Source of the DNA: a virus
Taxonomy: Duplodnaviria; Caudoviricetes
Reading direction: 5' to 3' (one strand)
DNA: 64,000 bases
IMG/VR virus record: IMGVR_UViG_3300020050_009955
Location: 35,356-99,355 of that record
This document shows positions 44,565 through 52,893 of the stretch, piece after piece; position 1 is the stretch's first letter; the number at the start of each line of letters is the position of its first letter. The translations under genes and the position numbers were made by a program. Under the pieces are notes generated by a model. It did not search any database, had not been told where the DNA came from, and was given only the letters and a program-made list of their open reading frames with translations.

Positions 44565-45212
44565 TTACTCGATTAATAAATTAATAATAGATTTTTTTAA
44601 CTCGACTAATTTTTTAGTAGCTGCATTTTTTTCAGCAACTTTATTTTGAAATTTCTTTTGCCAATTAAGTACAGCAATTTCGTAGTTTTTACAAGATTCT
44701 TGTAAAGATGTGTTTATTGATGCTAATTCTTCATTTCGTGCAACTGCTTCTCTAAGACTTGCTTTGTAGCTTTGATGAGTCTCTTCTGCAGTTTTTTTAA
44801 ATTCTGTAAAATCTGTTTTACAATTTTCAAATTTCTTCTGCCAATTAACTATAGCAATTTCATAGCTTTTACAAGCATCTTGTAGGGCTGTGTTTTTTAA
44901 TGTTAATTCTGAAACTTCTCCATTAAGTCTTTCAACTTCTTTTTTTAATTCTTCAGTTTTCTTTTCAAATTTATCAACTAATTCTTTCTCAAAATTTTCT
45001 GTAATTTTAACAATATGTGCTTCAGCTCTTAGCCTTCCTTCGATTTCAATTTTTATAGCTTCTTTCAAACTACGTACTTCATTTTCTAACATAGTTTTCT
45101 TCTTTACCCTTTCAAAGTATTTATTTTTTAAACTTATATTTTCTGATGCTAGTCTTGAAACTTCTTCTGAAAGCTTTTCGACTTCCTTTTTCAATTCTTC
45201 AATTGCAGCCAT
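44565..45212 (-). CDS. Coiled-coil protein with internal duplications
   Basis: Heptad pattern, with EELKKEVE twice and NTxLQxxCKxYEIAxxNWQKKF twice. Confidence 0.7.
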   Translation of the reverse strand: MAAIEELKKEVEKLSEEVSRLASENISLKNKYFERVKKKTMLENEVRSLKEAIKIEIEGRLRAEAHIVKITENFEKELVDKFEKKTEELKKEVERLNGEVSELTLKNTALQDACKSYEIAIVNWQKKFENCKTDFTEFKKTAEETHQSYKASLREAVARNEELASINTSLQESCKNYEIAVLNWQKKFQNKVAEKNAATKKLVELKKSIINLLIE

Positions 45213-45228
45213 AAGGTAATTTTTATTG

Positions 45229-45555
45229 TTAGTAAATCTCTTTCCCGTTTACCTTAAGAAATGAATCTTTAGGTAGTTTATCCAGTTCATCAATTTCTTT
45301 GTTTGCTACTGGACCTATTTTATGTAGTACTCTAACTTTGTACGTGCTAGATGCATTTGGTATTGTACCGTCTACGAATTCTACTTGGTATCTATCAAAG
45401 CGATAGACTAGTTGTTTTTGAGTAGGTGATTCGTATTCTGTTTCAGATTTGAGAATAATAGGCAGGCCAAGGCTAATCAATTTGACTAGCCTGGCTTTCC
45501 CTATCAATTCAGTTTGTAATTCGTCGTGGTAAATATTTACAACCTCTCCAATCAT
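45229..45555 (-). CDS. Hypothetical protein (likely start MIGEVV)
   Basis: ORF track; the ATG sits 1 nt after the upstream stop. Confidence 0.55.
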   Translation of the reverse strand: MIGEVVNIYHDELQTELIGKARLVKLISLGLPIILKSETEYESPTQKQLVYRFDRYQVEFVDGTIPNASSTYKVRVLHKIGPVANKEIDELDKLPKDSFLKVNGKEIY

Positions 45556-45556
45556 A

Positions 45557-46249
45557 TTATAACTTATACATATGAATGTGCAATCCAGTCGCACGTCTAT
45601 TTTCAAATATATATTCACTAAATCTATCTCTAAATTCGTCTAATCGACGAGATCTAGGTTTATCTTCCACGTAAAAAGAAAGCTTATGGTCTTGCAGCCA
45701 TTCTAGGCCCCCGGGGCTTATAAGCCATTCTAACATATTGCGGCCATGTTTATCCATGTTGATATCGATGGCTTCGCCTGTGGAGTGTTTGGAGTGCTTG
45801 CAATAGAGCCTCCGCATTGAGGTTATTAAAACACTTCCAGGTCCATTATAAGATTTAAGTGCTTTACATAGCGAACTATGTAAGTATCTGTCAACGTTAG
45901 ATGCTACTCTAAATCCTTCAAAAGACATTATTGACGATTTTTTGGATTTATTGATCTTGCGATTCTTAGCAACGTTGTCAGATTTTTTATTTGAACGGTT
46001 TTCGTGCTTCTGGACAGTAAGTTCTGCTAAGGAGTCCACATTACATTGATAGTAATCTATAATCTCTAACAATTCATCTGTTTTTTGCACAGTCATTTGA
46101 TGGGTTTCTTTAATTTCTGTATACAAATAAGTACAAGTTGCTAATAGCAGCATATTCATAAATATAGATACTAATTGAAATTGAGAAAGTTTGAATTCTT
46201 TAATCTTGGATTCTATTTTCTCTGTAACCCATTTTGAAGCTAAATACAT
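45557..46249 (-). CDS. Membrane-anchored M15-like (LAS) Zn peptidase, putative peptidoglycan endopeptidase
   Basis: ITS.RR...SKHSTGEAIDI (H-x6-D) and GLHIH (HxH), with an N-terminal hydrophobic anchor. Confidence 0.7.
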   Translation of the reverse strand: MYLASKWVTEKIESKIKEFKLSQFQLVSIFMNMLLLATCTYLYTEIKETHQMTVQKTDELLEIIDYYQCNVDSLAELTVQKHENRSNKKSDNVAKNRKINKSKKSSIMSFEGFRVASNVDRYLHSSLCKALKSYNGPGSVLITSMRRLYCKHSKHSTGEAIDINMDKHGRNMLEWLISPGGLEWLQDHKLSFYVEDKPRSRRLDEFRDRFSEYIFENRRATGLHIHMYKL

Positions 46250-46271
46250 AATATTAATTTAAGTAATTTCA

Positions 46272-46526
46272 AAACACACTTTAAACTGATCTGTTTCACC
46301 CTCAGCAGGCGCAGACATTTAATATCTGCGGTCAGGTGTGTATAGCATACGAAGAGCCTTGTCAGTTCAAAGAATCTCTGCTTTTTGGAAAGCAGGATTA
46401 TTGTGATTCCTCGGTGTGAACTTTTCAACGTATACTCGATTGGATGGCGTAGTATCTCCTACGATTTTTGGCACCCAAACCGAATCTTTAATCCCATCTC
46501 TTCACGAGCCTGAGATATATGCTCTT
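46272..46526 (-). ncRNA. Candidate structured RNA, family unassigned
   Basis: GC-enriched intergenic region with nested helices AGCAUAU/GUAUGCU, GAAGAG/CUCUUC, CGUAG/CUACG, CUGCUUU/AAAGCAG, CGCAGAUA/UGUCUGCG and ACACAC/GUGUGU. Confidence 0.5.
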
Positions 46527-46565
46527 TTATAATATAGAAGTTTTCCTTCTTTATTTGTAATTTGT

Positions 46566-47921
46566 TTAATACCGTCTAGACCGTATCCGATACCTAGCGG
46601 CTTGTGCGTTTGTACGTCTCGAAGAACTAGAAATTGGTTTGCGGCTATTAGATCCACTATTCATTGTTCTAGCTTTTTCGGCGTTCAGTTCTTCTTCACG
46701 TTTTCTTTTGAGTAATTCATTGCGTTTAATTTTTAGTTTAGAAATTGGTTCCAAGTCAGAAGCTGTAACGACTTTGTCAACTACAGCTTTAGTTTTTAAA
46801 TGTTTTTGTCTTTTTAAATACCAGTTTTGTAATACTGGATGAGTTATCACATCAAAGATGTGTATATCTGATTCTATAGGTTTATCAAAATCGTATGCGT
46901 ATTGGCATAAACACTGTAACGCTAAAATCCAATTTTCTAATTGATAAATATCAGAGGTTGCATTTACAAATCTGAATTCTTGAAAATTTGCATTAGATTT
47001 GGTTGGATATAAAGCATTATATTTTACATCATAATGATTAAACATATAATTAATGACGTCATTTATTGATGTATAACGAGAAGTAAAAAATTTACAATAA
47101 TCATTATCTATTCTGTGTCTTGGTACTATATGTGTAAATCCAGGTTCCAAATATACAAATAAAGTTAATAGTCTGGTAAGATATTGCCTTTTATTTGCAA
47201 TATTTAATGTCGGAAGTTTGAAGTTTATATGCAATCCACATGAAGGGTTAACAAACATACAAGGATTCCCATCATTAGCTTTAACTTTGAAAAGAAAAAA
47301 AGCTTTTCGCAATTCTTTGAAATCATACAAAGCTGGTGTAGAAAATTCTATTTTATAAGCAGCTGTAGAAAGTGTTAAGCTAATTTCTTCATCCAAAGTT
47401 GGAGATTTTGTAATACGTTTAATATTACTGGTAAGGACTTTTAGGTATTCCTTAGTTTCAGCTAAACTGTTTTTTATATCTTCCGGTACTTTTTCCATAT
47501 CTTCAGGAGATAATGTATAATTAACTGCCGCATCCCCTCTATAATTTAAATTATTTATACTTTTTGTATCTATTGTATATGGAAACTTACCTTCAGTAGC
47601 TAATTTCTTTAACTTTTCTTCATCTACTCTAATACTACCATCATGATGTAGATACCAATAAGGATATGGGTATAGATCGCCACTAGAACCGCCACTACTA
47701 TTAGGATTTATAGAACATCCAACAGATTTCATTAATTGCCTCATTGTAATACGATCATAAGCCGTCCAAGCTTCTATCTCTACGTATGGTAAAAAGTTTG
47801 TATCGATTTTAGGTCTAGGGTTTTGTCTAAGGAATTTAGCTAACTCAAGACGAGTTAATTCATCCTCTAATATTTTTCCGTCTTCTAAGCATTTTAAAGC
47901 TTTTTCAGTTATGTTCGGCAT
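46566..47921 (-). CDS. Putative amidoligase (COOH-NH2 ligase / glutamine-synthetase-like fold)
   Basis: VEIE, HHDGSI, IEFSTP, SCGLHIN, R..NDYC, KYNAL and EFR. Confidence 0.8.
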   Translation of the reverse strand: MPNITEKALKCLEDGKILEDELTRLELAKFLRQNPRPKIDTNFLPYVEIEAWTAYDRITMRQLMKSVGCSINPNSSGGSSGDLYPYPYWYLHHDGSIRVDEEKLKKLATEGKFPYTIDTKSINNLNYRGDAAVNYTLSPEDMEKVPEDIKNSLAETKEYLKVLTSNIKRITKSPTLDEEISLTLSTAAYKIEFSTPALYDFKELRKAFFLFKVKANDGNPCMFVNPSCGLHINFKLPTLNIANKRQYLTRLLTLFVYLEPGFTHIVPRHRIDNDYCKFFTSRYTSINDVINYMFNHYDVKYNALYPTKSNANFQEFRFVNATSDIYQLENWILALQCLCQYAYDFDKPIESDIHIFDVITHPVLQNWYLKRQKHLKTKAVVDKVVTASDLEPISKLKIKRNELLKRKREEELNAEKARTMNSGSNSRKPISSSSRRTNAQAARYRIRSRRY

Positions 47922-48825
47922 TATTTTTCAATTTGTAAAGTGAAGAAATTCTCTTTATCAGATTAGAGTATTTTGAAGGTTCAAGTAGAACAAAGTCAAT
48001 AAAATTTTCTTTAAGTAAGTTATTATTTGAAGACTTTTTACAAAAATGTATTAAAGCAAATCCAAACTCTACAATGGAATTAAATTCTTCTATATTTAGT
48101 GTAGATCCGAACCAACGAACCTCTAAGCATCTTCTTCCACACTTTGATGCCCATAAATTGAAAACACTATTAAAAGAAGTTTTATGATTATCATCCTTAA
48201 AGAATTTTACAATTTGATCTCTGTGATCAGAAAAACTTCTGAAAACTATTCTTGGATCTTCTGTACCGTAAGTATTTCCTAAAAAGGAGTTCATATCGGT
48301 CAATATTTGAGCACCTCTTTTTCTAGAGGACATCCGGATCATAAAATCAATGTTATTAAATGCGAATTCGCATAGTTTTTTGATTACTAACGCTCTTTCC
48401 CTGGCATTTTTGCCTAAAAAATCATAATCAATATTAAGATGTATTCCGGCAGTCAGCTTCTCATCAGAAAATCCTAAGCTTTTTGCTGTTTCCATGAATT
48501 TTTTAAGATTGTCTTGAAACCTTGAATTTTTATAAAGAGTCAAACATCTTGGTGCAATATTAGCTTCTACACCACCACCATCTAAAACAAAGTCTTCGTG
48601 TAGTGGAAATTCTTCTTTAAAATATGGTATTAAAACGTTTAAAATAACATCGGCACTTGGTTTTATACCTTCTGCAACTAATTTATTTGTTGTAATCCAC
48701 TGCCAAGTAGCACGTTTTTGTATGTGGTCTGGATCGTAAGCAATTTCATATTCAACTGAAATCATATCAGGATCAGAATTAGTTACATATCCAGTATATT
48801 TACCTAAATTAATTTCCTTTTGCAT
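47905..48825 (-). CDS. Second putative amidoligase
   Basis: SVEYE, LDGGGVE, AGIHLN, SSR and LEVRWF.STL. Confidence 0.75.
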   Translation of the reverse strand: MQKEINLGKYTGYVTNSDPDMISVEYEIAYDPDHIQKRATWQWITTNKLVAEGIKPSADVILNVLIPYFKEEFPLHEDFVLDGGGVEANIAPRCLTLYKNSRFQDNLKKFMETAKSLGFSDEKLTAGIHLNIDYDFLGKNARERALVIKKLCEFAFNNIDFMIRMSSRKRGAQILTDMNSFLGNTYGTEDPRIVFRSFSDHRDQIVKFFKDDNHKTSFNSVFNLWASKCGRRCLEVRWFGSTLNIEEFNSIVEFGFALIHFCKKSSNNNLLKENFIDFVLLEPSKYSNLIKRISSLYKLKNNAEHN

Positions 48826-49561
48826 TTTTACTCATTATTTCGTTAATCAATTCGTGAGTAATTAAATCACCAATAAGACTTCCAGTTTGTTTGAAAGTCG
48901 ATGATGATAATAAGTTGTACATCCTTTCGGGATGATGTTGTACTCCAGCTATAGGGAGTGTTTTATGCTTAAAAGCTTCTACACATTCTACATTATCAGC
49001 ACTACCAGCACCACTAAAAGCTACAGCTTCTAGATCAGAGCCTAAAATACTAACAGCTTGGTGATGAGAAGTATTTACTTTATACTCGTGGTTTTTTGAT
49101 TTGATAATATGCAGTCCTGTATTTACATCATGACCGTCTATATGAGCATACATTTTTGAGCCGAAGTGTGCAGCTAGTAGCTGAAAGCCTAGACATATTC
49201 CAAATATTGGAATCTTGTGTTCAATATAAGAATCTAATAGAAATGTTCTAAAAAATTCAATATGTGGATCAGTCTTACCATGTTGATAAGATAATTTTCG
49301 ACCTAAGAATGCTTTATTAGTAGCACTCAGGTCAGCACCTCCAGTAATAATTAATAAGTCAAGATCACCTCGAAATTCATCCGGCATTACAAGGCGAGGA
49401 TTGCCTTTGGTGGCGGCAAAATCGAGATATTGTGACATGGAGTGATTGGAGGTATGTGGTGAGAATAGAACTCCGACAGTTCTTCCTGAATTTCCCGATC
49501 CCTCTTTGGAGGTGGGGGTAATGATTTCGGGGACGAACGGACTAACAATGGTTTGTGACAT
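48809..49561 (-). CDS. Class I glutamine amidotransferase / gamma-glutamyl hydrolase (peptidase C26-like)
   Basis: TGGAD, GICLGFQ, VNTSHHQAV and GVQHHPE (C-H-E triad). Confidence 0.9.
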   Translation of the reverse strand: MSQTIVSPFVPEIITPTSKEGSGNSGRTVGVLFSPHTSNHSMSQYLDFAATKGNPRLVMPDEFRGDLDLLIITGGADLSATNKAFLGRKLSYQHGKTDPHIEFFRTFLLDSYIEHKIPIFGICLGFQLLAAHFGSKMYAHIDGHDVNTGLHIIKSKNHEYKVNTSHHQAVSILGSDLEAVAFSGAGSADNVECVEAFKHKTLPIAGVQHHPERMYNLLSSSTFKQTGSLIGDLITHELINEIMSKNAKGN

Positions 49562-49716
49562 ACCTTAGAATTGGGTTTTGGTTTTTTAATGAATCTTTTA
49601 GTTTTTCCTACGTAATCAACCACAGGTTTAACTGCGATAATCGTAGGCTCCGGGTCATTAGTTTCAATATCAAATACTTCAACTAACGTGTCTAAAGCTT
49701 CTTCTCTACTGATCAT
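49387..49716 (-). CDS. Hypothetical protein overlapping the 5' end of the GATase gene
   Basis: ATG at 49716 just after the upstream stop; Pro-rich tail in the 175-nt overlap. Confidence 0.5.
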   Translation of the reverse strand: MISREEALDTLVEVFDIETNDPEPTIIAVKPVVDYVGKTKRFIKKPKPNSKVCHKPLLVRSSPKSLPPPPKRDREIQEELSEFYSHHIPPITPCHNISILPPPKAILAL

Positions 49717-49723
49717 ACGCTAT

Positions 49724-50482
49724 TTATTTAATTCTTATTCTCTCTCCTGGAAAAACAACGAAATTTTCTCTATTTTTTACCTTAGGATTGAGATTTAATA
49801 ATGTTCGAACTTCAATACATTTTGAATCTGCTAACAGCTTTAAGTTTTCACCAGCTTTTATAATGTGGTATTCAGTACCATTTGATGTACAGACAGTATT
49901 GTTGGATGGTTTTGGTATTATAGGCGCTTTAGCATAAAATTTGTTTTCTCCTAGTTTAACATAAGATACTTTAGAATTCTTTAATCCGATTTCGAAATTA
50001 ATTTCTTTATTGGTTTCGGATGTTAAAGATGTTTTTAGAATGTTATATTCAATGGTTAAGTTTCGTGTCCACGGTTTGGAGACTGTAAAATCACAACCCA
50101 TAGTAATAGCCATGTTTTTATCATATTGCTGTAATGTCAGTTTTGTAGCATCTAAAAGGAAATAGAAAACTTTATCTGACTTATAGCCGTTATTAGCTGT
50201 GGGTAAATAGTGATAAAAAGTTAAAGATTTGTCTAAGACAATATTTTCTTTAATTTCTAAGTTCAAGGTTGAGTTTGAGGATTCTGGCTCTGGTGAGGAT
50301 TCTGCAATAGGTTGAGGATCTGGTTGCTTAGGTGCAACTTGTGTTGGAAAGGTGTTTTCCGAGCCATTTGTTAGTGATGATACAAAGGAAGTATCAACTA
50401 CAGGTGTAGAATTCTTAAAAGAATTGGGAGGTGTTGGCGTACATCCTATTAAAAATAGGAAAAATATAACAACATTACGCAT
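49724..50482 (-). CDS. Lipoprotein with a C-terminal LysM domain
   Basis: Signal peptide with lipobox LIGC, and YHIIKAGENL..LA.....RTLLNLNP......VFPGERIRI. Confidence 0.8.
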   Translation of the reverse strand: MRNVVIFFLFLIGCTPTPPNSFKNSTPVVDTSFVSSLTNGSENTFPTQVAPKQPDPQPIAESSPEPESSNSTLNLEIKENIVLDKSLTFYHYLPTANNGYKSDKVFYFLLDATKLTLQQYDKNMAITMGCDFTVSKPWTRNLTIEYNILKTSLTSETNKEINFEIGLKNSKVSYVKLGENKFYAKAPIIPKPSNNTVCTSNGTEYHIIKAGENLKLLADSKCIEVRTLLNLNPKVKNRENFVVFPGERIRIK

Positions 50483-51185
50483 AATTAAAGAATTTTAATG
50501 GTATATCAAGATAGATGTTTTCAATGTTAACTATTTTAACACGTAACTCATCTAATTTATCTGCTATGGCTAATTCTAGCCTTTTATCACTACCGTCTCT
50601 TTTAGACATATGTATATCTTCAAAAATGTATTCGTTATAAATGTTTTCTTTTACGTTATCTGCAGAGCTTGCTTGAGGATGCCCTAAAAATTGAACTACA
50701 TGTCCACTAAAATGATCTTTGCTTAACTCTAAAGGTTCTGCATAACGAACCTCAGTTTCATAGTGTTTATCCAAATTTATTACTTTATAGACAGATTTAT
50801 CTTTAGCATAATTTCCTCTCATGTGAGATCTTTCTAAAATGTTTACAGTACCTCTTATCAAATCTGGTTTCCCTAATTCATAAAATGGATCGTTCAGCAC
50901 TCTATACTTAGAGGACAACATGTTTTTACTAGGAATTATATAATTAAATGGGGGATCCATGTAGTTAAATAATTTAGAATGTAATGGATATCTAATAACC
51001 CATTTACGCCAATTGAAATTGACATGCATTTCAGCATCTTCAGCACTATAGTGAACAAAAATACCACAAGCTTCTTTTGGATTTATGTGTGACAATGTAG
51101 GCAATTCTTTTATTTGTACAAAATCTCCAATACTAATTGGAATAATGTTTTTTGAATGCAATAGTTTTGTTACTCTATCTGCCAT
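50475..51185 (-). CDS. Hypothetical protein (likely start MADRVT)
   Basis: ORF track; start chosen to minimise overlap. Confidence 0.55.
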   Translation of the reverse strand: MADRVTKLLHSKNIIPISIGDFVQIKELPTLSHINPKEACGIFVHYSAEDAEMHVNFNWRKWVIRYPLHSKLFNYMDPPFNYIIPSKNMLSSKYRVLNDPFYELGKPDLIRGTVNILERSHMRGNYAKDKSVYKVINLDKHYETEVRYAEPLELSKDHFSGHVVQFLGHPQASSADNVKENIYNEYIFEDIHMSKRDGSDKRLELAIADKLDELRVKIVNIENIYLDIPLKFFNYA

Positions 51186-51588
51186 TAGTTTTGTTTTCGA
51201 GTAAACAAACAGGGATAAAAAGATAAGTATAATTATATACAATTTTAGCCCAAATATCTGGAGAATCTGTTATTTCTCCTTTATAATCTTCAGCCTTTTG
51301 AGTTCTCATATTTGGCATTTTATGAAAAGAAACTATCTCGCCAGATATAGGCGGATTAGCATTATCAATAGTTCCAAATATCAAATTTCTAGGAATCGTA
51401 AACAGCGTTTTTCTGTCTGTTATTGTTTCGGCAATATCTTTCCTATAATTTCTTAAGGTATATGCCCAATAATACGAGGTTTTGTTTAACGCATGTTGTG
51501 TTAATCTCCCACTTTTTGGGTTTTCTGGATCCTTAGCTGTAGAAATTCTATAAGGTCTTATAAGTTTTACTGTATCTCCTATTTTCAT
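51175..51588 (-). CDS. Hypothetical protein (MKIGDTVK, SH3/KOW-like start)
   Basis: ORF track. Confidence 0.55.
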   Translation of the reverse strand: MKIGDTVKLIRPYRISTAKDPENPKSGRLTQHALNKTSYYWAYTLRNYRKDIAETITDRKTLFTIPRNLIFGTIDNANPPISGEIVSFHKMPNMRTQKAEDYKGEITDSPDIWAKIVYNYTYLFIPVCLLENKTNGR

Positions 51589-51956
51589 TATAATTCTTTT
51601 AAAGTTTCTATAGGCAAGTAGCCATAAACACTATGCCCATTTACTATGACTACTACTTTGGCGTATAATCCGACTTCATCAAAGTCAGCACCTTCGTAAG
51701 TTTTAAATTTTGTAATTTTCTGTTCGTGGGTTTGTTCTAATAGGTCTATACATTCTACCAATTCCACTAAATAGAACGGACCATCCAAAGTTTTAGAATC
51801 TGCTGGAAGATAACAGAACCAAGTTCTTGGCAATTCGTCTTTAGTGCTAATTTGCCACACTAAATCATACTTACCTAATACAGAATCAATTAAACATTCG
51901 GCATGAGCTATTGCGTATTCTTTAGCTAATGTAACAGTTTTCATGTAAAGATACAT
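51588..51956 (-). CDS. Hypothetical protein
   Basis: ORF track; coupled TAATG junction. Confidence 0.55.
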   Translation of the reverse strand: MYLYMKTVTLAKEYAIAHAECLIDSVLGKYDLVWQISTKDELPRTWFCYLPADSKTLDGPFYLVELVECIDLLEQTHEQKITKFKTYEGADFDEVGLYAKVVVIVNGHSVYGYLPIETLKEL

Positions 51957-51961
51957 TTTAT

Positions 51962-52339
51962 TTATGACAAATTGTATTTTTTCAACAATATTAATGGCAA
52001 AGTAATATAAAAATTATGTAAAGGCACAACTGTTACTATTTTTGCTGAATAATATGTTGTATACGTACTAGTCAGTATAGCTTTTGTTAAAGCTCTGTGA
52101 TGATTTTTACTAAAAATCTGCACAATTTCACCTATTATAGTGTTTTTTCCAATAAAAACAGATAAACTATTATCTGAAAAGTTGCTGTCTAACTCAAAAA
52201 TAATATCATATGGTATAGAATATTCTTCACCTGTAGCGTCATCTTTATAAACTCCACAATTTAGGCGGTCATCCCATCTCAAATAGAGATCTTTCTGAAT
52301 AGTTACTGTATCACCTGCTTGAAATAATATAGCAGACAT
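51962..52339 (-). CDS. Hypothetical protein (FQAGDTV start)
   Basis: ORF track. Confidence 0.55.
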   Translation of the reverse strand: MSAILFQAGDTVTIQKDLYLRWDDRLNCGVYKDDATGEEYSIPYDIIFELDSNFSDNSLSVFIGKNTIIGEIVQIFSKNHHRALTKAILTSTYTTYYSAKIVTVVPLHNFYITLPLILLKKYNLS

Positions 52340-52358
52340 AATTTTTATACATTTAAAT

Positions 52359-52399
52359 AAAAGAATTATAGGCCGGTTATAATAGACCGGCCTATTTTT
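52359..52399. terminator. Intrinsic terminator, possibly bidirectional
   Basis: ATAGGCCGGT-tataatag-ACCGGCCTAT with A/T tracts on both sides. Confidence 0.75.
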
Positions 52400-52658
52400 A
52401 CTAATTTCCTAATACTTTAAAGTAAGTAGTTTAACTACATTCAAAAGAGTTTATCTTACGGTATTTTTTCTTTGTTCAATCATAAAAAAGATTATCCACA
52501 TACTTGCCGAACCCCATCCAATCATTCCAGAAATATTATTTTTATATACATCTAGTAGACAGTTTGCAATTGCCAGAAGTAGATTCACTATATCAAATGT
52601 TGGTATTTTCTTTTCCTTTTCACTTAAGATGTATTGTAGATTTAACTAAGATTATTTT

Positions 52659-52887
52659 AAAAACAGCCGGCTAAAAACTTTATGAGACCCCTTACAGGGT
52701 CGAATACTACGAATAGCTTAGCCCCAACTAAGTTTGGACCTTAACCAGGTTAATTAACCGGCTGAATGTTTTGTACCCTCTTTGTTTAGAGACTGCCCTT
52801 TTACTTCTTACAGAAGCTATTGTATACTAACCCGATGGTACGTTTGCCCGAGACAAGGGCGTCACTTCGGGCGAGCTACAAAGAGGG
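52659..52887 (-). ncRNA. Two tandem candidate structured RNA domains
   Basis: Closing helices CAGCCGGUUAA/UUAGCCGGCUG (52664-52764) and CCCUCUUUGU/ACAAAGAGGG (52776-52887), each enclosing several hairpins. Confidence 0.55.
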
Positions 52888-52893
52888 CTTTGC

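Noticed and set aside
46240-46428. 62-aa ORF in the spacer before the M15 peptidase
   Set aside because: It has a GTG start and atypical composition and coincides with strong RNA helices, so I treated the region as non-coding structure.
52453-52645. Open minus-strand frame encoding a hydrophobic ~64-codon peptide
   Set aside because: There is no ATG near the 5' end, only an internal GTG/ATG. It may be a small or decayed gene, but I cannot support it.
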